Shown here in pieces: positions 28,631 to 38,157 of a DNA stretch of 47,480 nt; within the stretch, counting starts at the first letter, position 1, and the number at the start of each line of letters is the position of its first letter. The DNA is taken from positions 1 through 47,480 of the IMG/VR virus record IMGVR_UViG_3300037962_000579. One strand, 5' to 3'. Made by a program: the position numbers and the translations under genes. The DNA comes from a virus. Lineage: Duplodnaviria > Caudoviricetes. A model generated the notes under the pieces. The model made no database searches. It was not told the DNA's origin and saw nothing but the letters and a program-made list of their open reading frames with translations.

Positions 28631-28951
28631 TTATGTGTCAAGTGTGATTGCACAGCTTAGTATGTCTGGGTGCGCAAATACTGAGTTTACGTCATCACAA
28701 ACAACTAAAAAGTTTTCGCCGCTAAAAGATCCAATATCAGAAATAGACTTTGCTAAAGATTTAAAAACTTTTAGCTCGGTGTCAGCGGTTACAGTTAATG
28801 TAACTATATCGCCTCCATCACTTTTACCTATTGAACTTTTAAATTTTACAATTAAGGCTCCGTCGCCTGCTACTGTTAAACCTAATAGTGACTCAACTGG
28901 ATACATTGCAGCATCATCAGCTGCATCTATGAAAATTAAGAATTTACTCAT
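28631..28951 (-). CDS. Small protein after MCP (possible capsid decoration)
   Basis: 106 aa, between the MCP and the terminator. Confidence 0.55.
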   Translation of the reverse strand: MSKFLIFIDAADDAAMYPVESLLGLTVAGDGALIVKFKSSIGKSDGGDIVTLTVTADTELKVFKSLAKSISDIGSFSGENFLVVCDDVNSVFAHPDILSCAITLDT

Positions 28952-28976
28952 TTTGTTTAGTTTTTAAGGGTTAATA

Positions 28977-30425
28977 TTATGATTCTTTAAGTTGTACAAA
29001 GTTATTAGCTCCTTGAACTACTAAACATCTTTCAGATAAATAGTGAACTTCCATAATGTCATCTCCTGTATAAGTTGCAGAACCAATTGAACCAGTGACC
29101 CAAGTTTTTAATCTTCTGTCATCAGTTGATGAAGTTCTATATCTTACGTGTAAGAAAGGACGTGTCATGTTTTTACCAAGATTTTGATCGTAGACAGTTG
29201 ATGTACCGGCTGGTATTAAAGTACCAGATACGTCACCAAATCCACCTCTTGCATCTGCTTGATTTAAGTATTTCCAATCAGACTTATAAAAGTCATAAGA
29301 ACCTCTTCTAAAAGCACTGAAACCTAAGTTTAATGCCATATCAGCGTCGTTATTAAAAGTACCAAATGAAGCACCACCTTGGAAGTTTGCATTAAGACCT
29401 GCTACCATATCATCAAGAGTAAGAGCTAATGAACGATTAACATATAACATGTTTTCCTCAATAGCACCTTGCTTATCAAGATTTTTAAGTAACAAATCAA
29501 AATCACCTAGCGTAGCTAAATCTTCAAAAACATTACCTCTAGTTTCAATAGCAGCAAATAAACCTTCAGTACCAAAGTCATCACCTGCGTCAGCGAGTGT
29601 GCTATCAACAGTTGACGCTCCAGGTACACCTTTTACTGATTCAACTAATGAAGTTTCAAGATAATCTTCAAATCTTAATTTTGTTTCACCTGCAGATTTT
29701 AAGTACCAAGAATAGCCGGTTTGTCCAGCTTCATCAGTAGTTTCAACCCAACCAATTTGTGCAGTATCAGAACCAGAAATTTTAAAGTGATCTTTAATAA
29801 TTATTGGCTTATTACTAAACTGCGTAAATTCGGGTTTTAATTCTCCTGACATAGTAGAGCTACCTTTTGCAAATTCAGAACCATAAACAAAAATGTTAAT
29901 TTTTTCGCTATCAGCAAAAACAACCTGAGTGCCGTCGGCCCCAGCTAGTGTTGTTTGCTTGTAAGGTAAAGCTGTAACAGCAGTCCCACTAGAAGCAGAA
30001 ACATAGCATTGTATTGTTTTAAGTCCAGTTGCAGCATCAGTTACTAAAATAGTATTACCTACTCTAATAGAGTTATTAAGAGCACTTCCTAAAGCTATAG
30101 TATTAGCAGAAGCGTCATTAACAGTAACACCTTTATTTGATTCGTCAGAATTCTTGTATGCAATGTGTAAACGATTTTGCTCAGACCAAACAACTTGGTC
30201 AGATGTCATAGGCATTTCTGCCCCTACCATTTGTAAAAAACCAGAAATAGTACGATTACCATATCTTTCTACTTCTTGTTCATATAACTCTGGCAGATAT
30301 TGTTGCGCCCAACCGGCTGTAGCCGATGATGTAAAATCGATATAATTATTATCGCTTACAACGGGGTTTGGGGTTGGAGTAAGTGAAAATGATCCACCTA
30401 ATCCTAATGATGTATTAAAAGCCAT
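28977..30425 (-). CDS. Major capsid protein
   Basis: Portal-scaffold-MCP synteny; QQYLPELYEQEVERYGNRT...WSEQNRLH motif; downstream terminator. Confidence 0.8.
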   Translation of the reverse strand: MAFNTSLGLGGSFSLTPTPNPVVSDNNYIDFTSSATAGWAQQYLPELYEQEVERYGNRTISGFLQMVGAEMPMTSDQVVWSEQNRLHIAYKNSDESNKGVTVNDASANTIALGSALNNSIRVGNTILVTDAATGLKTIQCYVSASSGTAVTALPYKQTTLAGADGTQVVFADSEKINIFVYGSEFAKGSSTMSGELKPEFTQFSNKPIIIKDHFKISGSDTAQIGWVETTDEAGQTGYSWYLKSAGETKLRFEDYLETSLVESVKGVPGASTVDSTLADAGDDFGTEGLFAAIETRGNVFEDLATLGDFDLLLKNLDKQGAIEENMLYVNRSLALTLDDMVAGLNANFQGGASFGTFNNDADMALNLGFSAFRRGSYDFYKSDWKYLNQADARGGFGDVSGTLIPAGTSTVYDQNLGKNMTRPFLHVRYRTSSTDDRRLKTWVTGSIGSATYTGDDIMEVHYLSERCLVVQGANNFVQLKES

Positions 30426-30442
30426 TTTTTAATATTTTTAAG

Positions 30443-31714
30443 TTATTTTTTAATTTTAAATCTTAACCTAGAATTATCATCACCGCTTAAAACTCTAAAC
30501 TTAATACCGTTTGCTTCAACAACAGGCGCTGTGCGTGGAGACATATCTACATTTTTAGCTTGTATTGCAGTCTCTTTAATAGCATCAGCTTTACCTTGCT
30601 CATAAAAATGATTAACAATTTTATCAATATTTCTAGCTGAATATAAAGCTTTATGATAGCCTGGTGCATTGTTAATTAGTTGTTTATCGTCAACGAACTC
30701 GTTTACGAAATTAACAATATCGCTTTGGTATTTTTTTACACTATCAACATCTTTTATATTATAACGATACTTTTTGTTTCCAACAGTAAAATCAAAACCT
30801 TTGAAATTATCATTAAATACTTTATTGGTTTCGTTTAAAAAATGTTGCTGTTGTTGTTTTTGGTTTTCAACGATTTTGGTTTGTTCTTGGTTATATGTAT
30901 TGTAAAAGTCAATAGCTTCTTTTTGCTTAGGATCTAACTTAGACGTTAACTTAACTTCTTTGTAATACTGATCTTTCAGTCCGCCAAGAAACTTTTTGGC
31001 TTTAGCAATTTCTTCTTTGCGAGCTAATTTTTTCTTTTTAATTACTCGCGGTTCATCAACTTCTTCATCAAATGAAAAATCATCTTCCATTAAAAAAGAT
31101 ATTTCTTCATAATTAAGATGCGGTTTAGTTGATTTATAATATTCTCTTAATAAAGTATTTTCATCTACATTAGAATAATCAGCATTTAATCTTACATAAT
31201 CTTCTAATGAACCGCCTGTTTCTTTCATAAATTTAACTACTGATTGTATATTTTCGGGTAGTTGTTGCGTTTCTTTTTGCGGTAATACTTCTTCTTTTTC
31301 AGGTATAGATTCGACAGGTTTAGCATCAACAATTTCTTTTGTTTCGTTTGTTGTATCTAATTTATTTTCACTATCCTTTATTTCTTCTATTACGGGCGTT
31401 TCTTCTTTTTTACTTTCTCCGGTAATTTCTTCATTTTCTTTTTCGACGTTTTCAGTCTGTATTTTTTCGCTAGACTTGGATTCGTCGCGTAAAGGAACCT
31501 CATTTGTGCTTTGCTCTTGAACGGCATTTTCTTGAAATGTTTTTAATTTGTTTAAATCTAACTTAATAGTTCCATCTTCTTTTTTTTCAACATAATCACG
31601 ATTAACCTTTTGATTATCAGCAGGTTGTTTTTCTGTTGCTTCTTTTTGTTCTGTTGTTTCTTCTTGTTTAGTTTCTACAACTAATTCTTCTACAACTTTT
31701 TCTTCTTGTGTCAT
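30443..31714 (-). CDS. Putative scaffolding protein
   Basis: Highly acidic disordered N-half, helical C-half; between portal and MCP. Confidence 0.65.
   Translation of the reverse strand: MTQEEKVVEELVVETKQEETTEQKEATEKQPADNQKVNRDYVEKKEDGTIKLDLNKLKTFQENAVQEQSTNEVPLRDESKSSEKIQTENVEKENEEITGESKKEETPVIEEIKDSENKLDTTNETKEIVDAKPVESIPEKEEVLPQKETQQLPENIQSVVKFMKETGGSLEDYVRLNADYSNVDENTLLREYYKSTKPHLNYEEISFLMEDDFSFDEEVDEPRVIKKKKLARKEEIAKAKKFLGGLKDQYYKEVKLTSKLDPKQKEAIDFYNTYNQEQTKIVENQKQQQQHFLNETNKVFNDNFKGFDFTVGNKKYRYNIKDVDSVKKYQSDIVNFVNEFVDDKQLINNAPGYHKALYSARNIDKIVNHFYEQGKADAIKETAIQAKNVDMSPRTAPVVEANGIKFRVLSGDDNSRLRFKIKK
31390..31527 (-). CDS. Candidate overprinted 45-aa basic protein (+1 frame of scaffold)
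   Basis: MPFKSKAQMRFLYATNPSLAKKYRLKTSKKKMKKLPEKVKKKKRP; A-rich leader; local GC-rich codons. Confidence 0.6.
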   Translation of the reverse strand: MPFKSKAQMRFLYATNPSLAKKYRLKTSKKKMKKLPEKVKKKKRP

Positions 31715-31742
31715 AATATAATAATATAAAAATTAATAAATG

Positions 31743-34148
31743 TTAACGTGGATCAAACTGTTCAAGTCCAAAACCACCTAAATTATCAAACCCTGCCGAT
31801 TCAAAATTTTTAGCCGGCGCGTTTGTTTTTCTTTGTTCTATAAGTTCACTTTGCTGACTCGCTTGTATTCTAGTTCTTTCGTCTTTACGATCTTCTTTAA
31901 ACTTATCTTTTTCGTTTACTTGTTTTTTGTCAACTTCTTTTAATCTCATGTTTAGATTAAATTCTAATTGCATTAATTCTTTTTTAATCGCGGCCTCTCG
32001 CTCTAACTTTTCTAAATCAAGCTGCGCTTGTGCTTGCGCTAATTGAGCTTTTGTTTCCGCTATAGCTTGTTGTTTTTGAGTTTCAGCTAATGCAGCGGCT
32101 TGCGCGGATTGTTGATTTGCTTGTCCTTGCGCTTGAATATTTTCTTTTTGTCTTTCTCTATCAAGTGCTTCTTTTTTGGTTCTGCGTATTTTTAATAATT
32201 GATTAGCAAGTTTTATATTTCTAACTTCTCTAATATCTATTGCGTCTTCTAAATTAATACTTTTTTGTTGCAATGCTACCTGTATATTATTTTCTAATCT
32301 AGTTTTTTCTTCTTCATCAGGCGCTAATTCTATAAATATACCAAAATCATGCAAATGCAAACTTGCCATTTCTTCTAAAGTTGCAACATTAAATTTACCT
32401 AAGCTTTTAATAAAAGACTCTCTAGTGGGTGAATATTCTATTACATCTGAAACACGCATAGAAATACATTCAGCCATTGTAAGAGTTATATATAAGCTAG
32501 ACTGTAATATATGTCTTGTAGCCGTATTTGAATTTGCGGCAGCAAGTTTTTGTAAACCAACTAAAGCATTTTTATCAGGAACGCTTCCGTCTCTTGCTTC
32601 ATTTAGTCCGGTTACATCACGTATCATTTGTAAATAATATTGATATGTATTTATAAGCGATGATAGTTTTGCTTGGCCATTACTAGAAGTTAATTCAGTT
32701 ATTGGTAATCTATTACGATTCATATCACCATCTTGCGTCATTGATCTACCAATTACGCTACCCGTTTGAAAATACATATTAAGAGCTTCTTGCGGATTAT
32801 AATTTGTTCCATTGCCTAAGTCTATTTCTGCAAGTGAATCAGCATCAACATATACGCCGTCTGGCACCATACGCGACATTACCTGTTGTAATTTTAAATG
32901 CGTAAGTTGTATCATATCAGCAAAACCAGTTATTCTTTCAACAAGCGAATTTATTTTACCTCTATATTTTCTTGGCGCTACAATAGCATAACTCATTTGT
33001 GCTTTTGTAGTATCTGATTTAGGGCGCATCATATTTTTCTTTAGCTCCCATTTTAAAAGTTTATTACTACCAACTATTTTAACGCCTTCATATATAACTT
33101 CAATGGCCCTACTAACTTTTTCAAACTCTTCGCTTTTAGGCGGATTAAATGTATCATCTTTTTCTATAGCCTTATTACCACCTGTTGCTGTTTTCTTTAT
33201 TTTATATGTTTGATTCATATGTGTTTTATATTCAAAATATAAAACTGTTATAGCATTTTCGTCTTGATTATTTAAATCATAATTGCTATAGTCGTAGCTG
33301 CTTTTATTATATCCTCTATAGCTTTCAAGTTCTTCGTCTGTTAACTCAGGAAATTGTTTTTTAAGTTCGTTAACATATATTTGTTTTACTTCTCCTACAT
33401 AATATATATCTTCAAAATTAGGAGAATCAGTATAAGAATAAACTAAATCTGCGGGGTCTACATATTCAATCTTAATTCCTTCTGCTTTATTAAAAGAACT
33501 TTTTGCCGCCCCTATACCTATTACGACTAAATCATAATTTATACGTTTTATTATTTCATCGTATTTATTTTTATCAAATATACTATTTATAGCTTCTTCT
33601 TCAGCTATTTCAATACTTTGTTTATAATCTAGTTGCATGTGCAACTGTAACTCTTCATTTGTTTCAGGTAATTTAGTTTGGTCCGTATTATATATATCTA
33701 CGCCTAATTCATTAAATACCGTATCATTTAATTCTTTAGCATTCATGTCTGTTGATATAGCTTCAACATAATCTGTACGCTCTTTAATAGCTGCGGGGTC
33801 TTGCGAATATGCTTTTACATCATAAGATCTATCTGCCATACCGTTTACAACAATATCTACAAATTTTGGTATTATTGGAACTGGTTTCCAATCTAAGTTT
33901 AAATAACTTAAATCACCATTTATCGATAGCTCATCTTTATACTTTCTTACAGATTGTTCTCCTCTTGCATATAAACGTAAATTATGAAAATTTTGTCTAT
34001 AATTCATATACATATTTGAAGAAGTTGTATTACTATACCATTCATGCTCTATAGCCCTACCAACTTTTGCTCCATATTCAGCGGACATTTTTTCAGCGTC
34101 ACTTACTGCTTGACTAGGAAAAGAACCTTTAACGCCTTTATTAATCAT
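31743..34148 (-). CDS. Portal protein
   Basis: 801 aa after TerL; LDWKPVPIIPKFVDIVVNG, TGLNEARDG, coiled-coil tail. Confidence 0.82.
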   Translation of the reverse strand: MINKGVKGSFPSQAVSDAEKMSAEYGAKVGRAIEHEWYSNTTSSNMYMNYRQNFHNLRLYARGEQSVRKYKDELSINGDLSYLNLDWKPVPIIPKFVDIVVNGMADRSYDVKAYSQDPAAIKERTDYVEAISTDMNAKELNDTVFNELGVDIYNTDQTKLPETNEELQLHMQLDYKQSIEIAEEEAINSIFDKNKYDEIIKRINYDLVVIGIGAAKSSFNKAEGIKIEYVDPADLVYSYTDSPNFEDIYYVGEVKQIYVNELKKQFPELTDEELESYRGYNKSSYDYSNYDLNNQDENAITVLYFEYKTHMNQTYKIKKTATGGNKAIEKDDTFNPPKSEEFEKVSRAIEVIYEGVKIVGSNKLLKWELKKNMMRPKSDTTKAQMSYAIVAPRKYRGKINSLVERITGFADMIQLTHLKLQQVMSRMVPDGVYVDADSLAEIDLGNGTNYNPQEALNMYFQTGSVIGRSMTQDGDMNRNRLPITELTSSNGQAKLSSLINTYQYYLQMIRDVTGLNEARDGSVPDKNALVGLQKLAAANSNTATRHILQSSLYITLTMAECISMRVSDVIEYSPTRESFIKSLGKFNVATLEEMASLHLHDFGIFIELAPDEEEKTRLENNIQVALQQKSINLEDAIDIREVRNIKLANQLLKIRRTKKEALDRERQKENIQAQGQANQQSAQAAALAETQKQQAIAETKAQLAQAQAQLDLEKLEREAAIKKELMQLEFNLNMRLKEVDKKQVNEKDKFKEDRKDERTRIQASQQSELIEQRKTNAPAKNFESAGFDNLGGFGLEQFDPR

Positions 34149-34152
34149 TCGT

Positions 34153-36384
34153 TTAAATTATTTTTGATCGTACACCTCGGTTATCATATTTTTTAATACC
34201 AAGACTTATATTTTTTATTTGTTTTATTTGACTTGGCCTATACAAATTTTTATTACAAGCCATTATAGCTAATCCAGAACTAATTGATGCATCAAATTTT
34301 GTTCTATTATTAATATCAAATTTTGCCCAATCTTCTAATGTTCTTTGAAAATACATATTACCGTAATCTTCATTAATTAATCCTACATGATTTTCAATAT
34401 AAGATTCTATAGCAGCGGCATGCGCTTGCTTTATATCATAAGAAGTATTTGGTATACCGCCTATTTCTTTTTCTGATATTGATAAATTATTATATATTTT
34501 GTCAGGACGATTCATTGAAAAACCTCTATATCCTCTTCTTTTTAAATGATACAATAATCTTGGCTTATTATTTTCTGCAAGAACCGGCATACCATAAAAA
34601 ACTAATGCCATAAGTATATCTTCAAAAAATATTTCTGCGGTTTGAGGTCTTGCTACATATTCTAAAAAAAACATATTAGAAGGAGCGTTTTCCATACTAA
34701 ATTTAGTAAGACCGTGCAATGCACCGTTAGAACCAATTTTATCAACTGTACCAGATATATCATAGCTATCACAACCAAAAGCACCAATATGCTCATTTGC
34801 TGGATAACGAATACCTTGTTTTAATATTACGCGATTTTGTAAATTTATTTCAGGTATCCAGCTTATGTTAAATCTTCCTTTATTATTTGGTATAAATTGT
34901 ACTTTACTATCTTTTACACCATTTTGCCATTGAAAATTACCGCGTGTTACAACATTAGTTCTTTTTAAATCTTCATTATAATCTATTTGCTCATATATTT
35001 TAGTTAGATTAAATAAAGATTGTTTTGTTTCATCTCTAAAAGCGTGCTTTTCTGTACGCGGAAATTGTCTATAAAATTCATTTAAAGTATCTTGGTCATT
35101 CTTTAAACCTTCAACTTCATTTTCCCAATAATTAATTACACCCTGTTTGATGTTATACCCATCTGGCGTAAAAGTTTTTTCTGTTGGCGTATCGAAGACA
35201 GGTAATCCATAAGAATCAATGTATCCTTCGTAGTTCCATTCCATAGGTATGAACAAAGAATAGAGTCCTGAACTTGTTTGTCCGTTTCTATTTCGTTTAG
35301 TAACGTCTGAATCATTGTATAATTTTTTAAAATTTTCACCGCCTTTATCTAATGCATTACTAGTTGAGCCCATCATGCATTTTCCAACTATATTACTTCC
35401 TAATCTTAATGTCGTTTTGGTAACTCTCCAGTTGTTGAGTATGTTCTCTGGCTTCTCCCATTTACCTGCCTCGTCGTGGATGAGGAGAGATAGTTTCTCT
35501 CCGTCGTACGAGTTGTCGCCTGTATTCTTCCAGTCGATGGTTGTGTCGAGCCCTGTGAGCTCCTCGCTCCCCTCAATACGCTCGTTTGCCAATAATTTCT
35601 TTCTGGTGAATTTACTTGCCGGGACACGATATGCCAATTCGGTTTTTGGTCTATCCATACCGTCTTGTATGGGTTTGAAAAAAAACGGATAGTTGACGGA
35701 TATTGGTACCACTTTATCGGTAAACATCTTCTTTGCATCAGCCCCTGATTTGGACAGTATCCCGTACCGTGAGTCAGATGATATTGTTGCCAAATTGACA
35801 ATTTCACCTGAGGCCATAAAAGAGAATCCTGAACGTCTGTTTTTGAGATAGCACAGCCCGTAGCATCGCAAGTCTGCTTTGCAAGCTTCCCAGAATATAT
35901 AGAATAATCTGTTTGCTTCCCTAAAGTCTGGCTTCCCAACATCAATCTTGCTCCACTGCAAGTACATATAATGAGTCCCAGTAATATAAACAGGTAAACC
36001 TTTATTATAAAACCAAAAGCCTTCTTCGCGTCTTTTAAATTCTTCATCAATATAGTCATACCATTTATCTTTAAAATCTGCTGGATATTTATTCCAATCA
36101 AATACACTTTTAATTTTTTGCAATTGTTTAGAATATTCAAAAACTTCCCAATATTGTTCTTTAATTTTATTAGAGCGTTTATAAATATTTTCTTGTAAAG
36201 GCAAAGCTATTTTTAAATTTTGTATTTCATATATCTCACCTATCTTCCCGCTTCTACTAATAACAACAACATCGTGTTCTTCATTATAACCATATTCCCA
36301 TTTTTTATATCTATTTAAAGTTGATATAGTTTTTGGTTTTATATGATTATCTAATATTTTATATAAGCTTTGTTTGTATTTCAT
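34153..36384 (-). CDS. terL: Terminase large subunit
   Basis: LKNRRSGFS Walker A variant, LLIHDEAGK Walker B, GCDSYD nuclease motif, LAENN. Confidence 0.88.
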   Translation of the reverse strand: MKYKQSLYKILDNHIKPKTISTLNRYKKWEYGYNEEHDVVVISRSGKIGEIYEIQNLKIALPLQENIYKRSNKIKEQYWEVFEYSKQLQKIKSVFDWNKYPADFKDKWYDYIDEEFKRREEGFWFYNKGLPVYITGTHYMYLQWSKIDVGKPDFREANRLFYIFWEACKADLRCYGLCYLKNRRSGFSFMASGEIVNLATISSDSRYGILSKSGADAKKMFTDKVVPISVNYPFFFKPIQDGMDRPKTELAYRVPASKFTRKKLLANERIEGSEELTGLDTTIDWKNTGDNSYDGEKLSLLIHDEAGKWEKPENILNNWRVTKTTLRLGSNIVGKCMMGSTSNALDKGGENFKKLYNDSDVTKRNRNGQTSSGLYSLFIPMEWNYEGYIDSYGLPVFDTPTEKTFTPDGYNIKQGVINYWENEVEGLKNDQDTLNEFYRQFPRTEKHAFRDETKQSLFNLTKIYEQIDYNEDLKRTNVVTRGNFQWQNGVKDSKVQFIPNNKGRFNISWIPEINLQNRVILKQGIRYPANEHIGAFGCDSYDISGTVDKIGSNGALHGLTKFSMENAPSNMFFLEYVARPQTAEIFFEDILMALVFYGMPVLAENNKPRLLYHLKRRGYRGFSMNRPDKIYNNLSISEKEIGGIPNTSYDIKQAHAAAIESYIENHVGLINEDYGNMYFQRTLEDWAKFDINNRTKFDASISSGLAIMACNKNLYRPSQIKQIKNISLGIKKYDNRGVRSKII
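35406..36047 (-). CDS. Candidate overprinted lipoprotein-like ORF (+1 frame of terL)
   Basis: Frame open for 244 codons; MKNLKDAKKAFGFIIKVYLFILLGLIICTCSG start; terL codons turn C/G-ending in this interval. Confidence 0.4.
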   Translation of the reverse strand: MKNLKDAKKAFGFIIKVYLFILLGLIICTCSGARLMLGSQTLGKQTDYSIYSGKLAKQTCDATGCAISKTDVQDSLLWPQVKLSIWQQYHLTHGTGYCPNQGLMQRRCLPIKWYQYPSTIRFFSNPYKTVWIDQKPNWHIVSRQVNSPERNYWQTSVLRGARSSQGSTQPSTGRIQATTRTTERNYLSSSTTRQVNGRSQRTYSTTGELPKRH

Positions 36385-36653
36385 TTTGATCTACCTTCTG
36401 CAAAACCTTTAAATGAATTAGCTTTTGTTTCTATGGGCTTATCATTTAATAAAGCCTCTTCTTCTTCAATACGTCTTAGTATTTCAAACGCATCAAATAT
36501 GGCTAATTTTTTTGTAGCTGCAGCATTTTTTAAACGGTCAGCTGATATATCATCTTCTGAATCTACTATAGGTTCTTTTGCTACCTTTATTAATTCATCA
36601 ACTGCCACTTGCCCAGCTTGTATTATATTCGATTTCGTTTTTTTTGTATTCAT
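36381..36653 (-). CDS. Probable terminase small subunit
   Basis: Small helical protein overlapping the terL start (ATGA). Confidence 0.5.
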   Translation of the reverse strand: MNTKKTKSNIIQAGQVAVDELIKVAKEPIVDSEDDISADRLKNAAATKKLAIFDAFEILRRIEEEEALLNDKPIETKANSFKGFAEGRSK

Positions 36654-37203
36654 ATTTAATTGCAATATCTCTAGTTTTCATACGATATAATCTATTATTA
36701 TCTATAATAAATTCATATTCGCTATTCGGAGTAAAACATATTATATCTCCCTCGTTTACTTTAGCGGCTTTTAACGAACTATTTCCATATTTTAATATAC
36801 CAATATGCTTTTGTTCTTTATTAACGCTTAAATTGTTTTTTTCAGCAAGGGGTTTTACAAAACAAAAATCATACGGAGCTTTCCATTTATTTTTGCTTTT
36901 ATATAAAAATATTTGGTCAGGATAACAAAAATATAAATCTTCTTTAAAATAAGAAGTTGAATTTTTTTCATTACCTCTTATATCATAAAATCTTCTAAAA
37001 ACATTATGATGTACAATTACTTCATCATTTATATTAATATTTGTTTCGCCAACTAAAGGTATTGATTTTACAATACCTACGCGATTTACAAATTTATGGT
37101 CTTCAATAGAAGTATTTATGATTAATTCTTTTGCACCTATTTTAACAGTATTAGTATATCTGCCATTTTTAGGTTGAATTATAAAATTAAATAAACTTTG
37201 CAT
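36598..37203 (-). CDS. Tandem GroES-like co-chaperonin (201 aa)
   Basis: Two units of FIIQP/CFVKP...GIV/GIL...DEV/GDII..., GroES-like strand order. Confidence 0.5.
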   Translation of the reverse strand: MQSLFNFIIQPKNGRYTNTVKIGAKELIINTSIEDHKFVNRVGIVKSIPLVGETNININDEVIVHHNVFRRFYDIRGNEKNSTSYFKEDLYFCYPDQIFLYKSKNKWKAPYDFCFVKPLAEKNNLSVNKEQKHIGILKYGNSSLKAAKVNEGDIICFTPNSEYEFIIDNNRLYRMKTRDIAIKYEYKKNEIEYNTSWASGS

Positions 37204-37430
37204 TAATACTCTAAATCGTATTCAATAGAGATCGCCATGTTTTTATTAAACTTTTTCCACGGCAATGTTTCATTGTTTTTTTTAATATATATATTATACG
37301 AACTATCTTTTTCATCAAAAAGAATATTTGATATACAGTGTCCGCCATAAACATTTTGCCCTACAGAATAATGCATCGCTTCATTTTTATAATCTGTACC
37401 TATGCTTATTTTTCTAATTAACTTAGCCAT
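37203..37430 (-). CDS. Conserved hypothetical protein
   Basis: IRKISIGTDYKNEAMHYSVGQ; TAATG coupling. Confidence 0.7.
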   Translation of the reverse strand: MAKLIRKISIGTDYKNEAMHYSVGQNVYGGHCISNILFDEKDSSYNIYIKKNNETLPWKKFNKNMAISIEYDLEY

Positions 37431-37439
37431 CGGTGCTTT

Positions 37440-37685
37440 TTATTTTTTATTACTTTCTTCTTCTTTTACTTTTTCGTAAGTACCATCTTCTAAATTTACA
37501 TTTATTTTACCGTACTCTTTTTCGAGCGTATCTGCAGTTTCTTTTATTTTTTGCATTAACCCTGATAGCCCATGTAAAAGATCGTGTTTTTGTGCCTCGG
37601 CTATGCCAATAGCGTTTAAAAGCGTTTGTTTATCTGTTTGTTGTTTTTGAAGTAGCTCAAGCTCCTCTTTTTTTATTTTTTTCAT
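37440..37685 (-). CDS. Small coiled-coil protein
   Basis: Heptads; LEKEYGKINVNLEDG. Confidence 0.65.
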   Translation of the reverse strand: MKKIKKEELELLQKQQTDKQTLLNAIGIAEAQKHDLLHGLSGLMQKIKETADTLEKEYGKINVNLEDGTYEKVKEEESNKK

Positions 37686-37700
37686 TTTATTAAATTTAAT

Positions 37701-38153
37701 TTATTGTTTTCTAATTGTTTGGAACTTTTCAGCTCCACGTGAACCAAAATAGGCTACGTATACAGTTATTAAAAGCGATTTTAAAAGATCTACCCAGCCG
37801 GTACTAATTTCAAAAGGTATTTTAAAACTATCTAATAAAATTAAAATAACTAAAGATATTGTTAAAAATATAAGAGTCATAGGTCTTGTATTTTTACTTA
37901 ACCACGAATCTGACTTCATATCGCTTGACCATCTTTTTGAAACTTCTTGCATTTCAACCATATCTTGTTCTAAAAGTTTTAATGCTTTTTCTTTATCTTC
38001 AACTGTTATTGTTTCGTCTTTTGATATAAGATTTTTAACTATACCTAAAACACCACTGTTAGGTAAAACATCACCCACACCCCCTACAATATTAGGAGCT
38101 ACGTTAGATAAAAATTTGCCTACTTTAGTATCTTTAAATTTTTTCTTTGACAT
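37701..38153 (-). CDS. Putative holin (GTA 3TM-holin-like)
   Basis: RWSSD..SDSWLSKNTRP, two TM helices, YFGSRGAEK. Confidence 0.65.
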   Translation of the reverse strand: MSKKKFKDTKVGKFLSNVAPNIVGGVGDVLPNSGVLGIVKNLISKDETITVEDKEKALKLLEQDMVEMQEVSKRWSSDMKSDSWLSKNTRPMTLIFLTISLVILILLDSFKIPFEISTGWVDLLKSLLITVYVAYFGSRGAEKFQTIRKQ

Positions 38154-38157
38154 TATT

